DNA of 64,000 bases from the NCBI GenBank assembly GCA_026014495.1, contig JAOZIF010000136.1, positions 3,886 to 67,885 of the forward strand, read 5' to 3'. The stretch comes from Candidatus Bathyarchaeum sp. (GTDB lineage Archaea > Thermoproteota > Bathyarchaeia > Bathyarchaeales > Bathyarchaeaceae). Of this stretch, positions 63,006-64,000 are shown in pieces. Position 1 is the first letter of the stretch; the number at the start of each line of letters is the position of its first letter. The translations under genes and the position numbers were made by a program. The notes under the pieces were generated by a model. That model saw only the letters and a program-made list of their open reading frames with translations. It ran no database searches and was not told the origin of the DNA.

Positions 63006-63392
63006 ATGTCAAAAGAGAATGAAATGCTAGAGGAACTTAAGCAAATACGTGAACTGTTGGCCGCTAAACCTGCTCCCCCACCGCCCCCTCCTGAGGGCCT
63101 ATGGAATGAATTCAAAACTTTTCTGGAAAACTACAAGGTCATGGGCTTGGCTGTAGCATTTATCATGGGTGTCTACTTGGGTAGCTTAATTCAATCACTT
63201 GTTAAAGATTTGTTGTTGCCAGTTATCGGTCTTGCATTGCCTGGGCTTTCAGACTTGTCTAGTCTTGAATACGCTGTAGATGCACAAGTATTTGGTGTAG
63301 GAAACTTTCTAGTAGCATTGATAACGTTCATCATTGTTGCCTTTGTCATATTCATACTAGTAAAGATCACCAAAAAATGGGGAATTAAATAG
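63006..63392 (+). CDS. mscL: Large-conductance mechanosensitive channel MscL-like protein with an N-terminal Pro-rich extension
   Basis: 128 aa. FKTFLENYKVMGLAVAFIMGVYLGSLIQSLVKDLLLPVIG resembles the MscL TM1 region. The N-terminal extension contains PAPPPPPPEG. Confidence 0.7.
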   Translation: MSKENEMLEELKQIRELLAAKPAPPPPPPEGLWNEFKTFLENYKVMGLAVAFIMGVYLGSLIQSLVKDLLLPVIGLALPGLSDLSSLEYAVDAQVFGVGNFLVALITFIIVAFVIFILVKITKKWGIK

Positions 63393-63492
63393 AATTCTCC
63401 ATTCCACCCACTTTTTTATTTTAGATTACTTTCCATATTTTATGATAACTAAGCGTTTTTAACATGATTACACTGTAATTCAGCGAATAGTT

Positions 63493-64000
63493 TTATGCTC
63501 TTTCTACTTGCACTCCATGCTCTTCCAGCACCGCACTTATCTTGGGTTTGTGCTCACCCTTAATTCCCTTCCAGTCAAGAACCACAGAATCAACTGTTTC
63601 CACAGTTCGGTCAACACACTGCCTTATGATTTTTGCATCAACTTCACTAAGAGCATACTTTGGAATCATGTGACCAAACGCTTTCTTGTTGCTTAATGCC
63701 AGTTTAGTGAACTTTTTGTTATAGTGAGGTCCACCGATTCCCAGAGCTACAGAAACGCAGGAACAATTAAAAAGAGCAGCCACAGCAGCATCCGCAACAA
63801 CCTCTGCGGCCTTAATGTCCTGCCACTGTTTTGGTGAACTGCCCAGTTCTACGAACATAGCTGGTGCATCCAAGGATGGTCCATGGTGTGTGCACTCGTA
63901 GGAAACATCATAGTCAAGTTCTCGTTCATCCGTCAGTTTTGCCATTTCTAAGAGCGCATTTTTCATTGCACCTGCAGGAGAGATTGAGACTGTTTTAGGT
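63493..64000 (-). CDS. dtdA: D-aminoacyl-tRNA deacylase, archaeal type (DtdA); 5' end outside the window
   Basis: YECTHHGP...FVELGSSPKQW...GGPHYN pattern. The reading frame stays open upstream of the track Met to the window edge, so the gene is partial. Confidence 0.7.
   Translation of the reverse strand, partial: PKTVSISPAGAMKNALLEMAKLTDERELDYDVSYECTHHGPSLDAPAMFVELGSSPKQWQDIKAAEVVADAAVAALFNCSCVSVALGIGGPHYNKKFTKLALSNKKAFGHMIPKYALSEVDAKIIRQCVDRTVETVDSVVLDWKGIKGEHKPKISAVLEEHGVQVERA

Noticed and set aside
1-64000. Search by eye for tRNA, rRNA, RNase P/SRP RNA and CRISPR arrays in all intergenic gaps.
   Set aside because: I found no GC-rich cloverleaf-like segment, no rRNA-like conserved block and no regularly spaced repeats. 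Absence is not proven without tRNAscan-SE or Infernal.

Overview
This is a densely coding archaeal chromosomal window. The archaeal assignment rests on eL24, eS28, L7Ae, aIF5B, Rpo3/Rpo10, Spt5-SecE, the P0/P1 stalk proteins, an archaeal-type SAM synthetase and class-III-signal pilins. I cannot assign a lineage without database searches. All protein calls come from motif recognition in the supplied translations, and nothing was searched.

Core content:
- Two ribosomal/RNA-polymerase clusters: S13-S4-S11-RpoD-L18e-L13-S9-RpoN-enolase-S2, and SecE-Spt5-L11-L1-P0-P1.
- aIF5B, adenylate kinase and L24e/S28e/L7Ae.
- A split purine regulon, purM-purS-purL-purQ convergent with purF-purD.
- SAM synthetase, a ThiF/MoeB E1-like enzyme and two tandem MoeA genes.
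- Agmatinase, a NOL1/NOP2/Sun methyltransferase and GluRS.
- A contiguous archaeal-type lower mevalonate pathway operon: MVK, UbiD-like decarboxylase, AcnX-like dehydratase large and small subunits, IPK, IDI2, GGPPS.

Accessory content:
- An Epd/Tad-like type IV pilus locus: ATPase, split platform protein, two paralogous pilins and an adjacent multi-zinc-ribbon protein.
- An AT-rich island carrying a 1057-aa type IIG restriction-modification fusion.
- A small islet with an orphan TIR-like protein, Mrr, a DUF3795-fusion protein and a short bacterial-type AlaRS.

The most unusual signal I see is a ~60-bp intergenic repeat family that the ORF track cannot show. It has 7 clear copies plus 1 degenerate copy, and copies bracket the accessory units. 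Further anomalies:
- An Ftr-paralog/HAD-like/PfkB trio is fused to purF-purD, and no GAR transformylase is visible in the window.
- Three genes encode conserved N-termini upstream of any ATG/GTG/TTG codon.
- The purM-purS spacer is strongly structured.

I found no tRNA, rRNA or CRISPR array.
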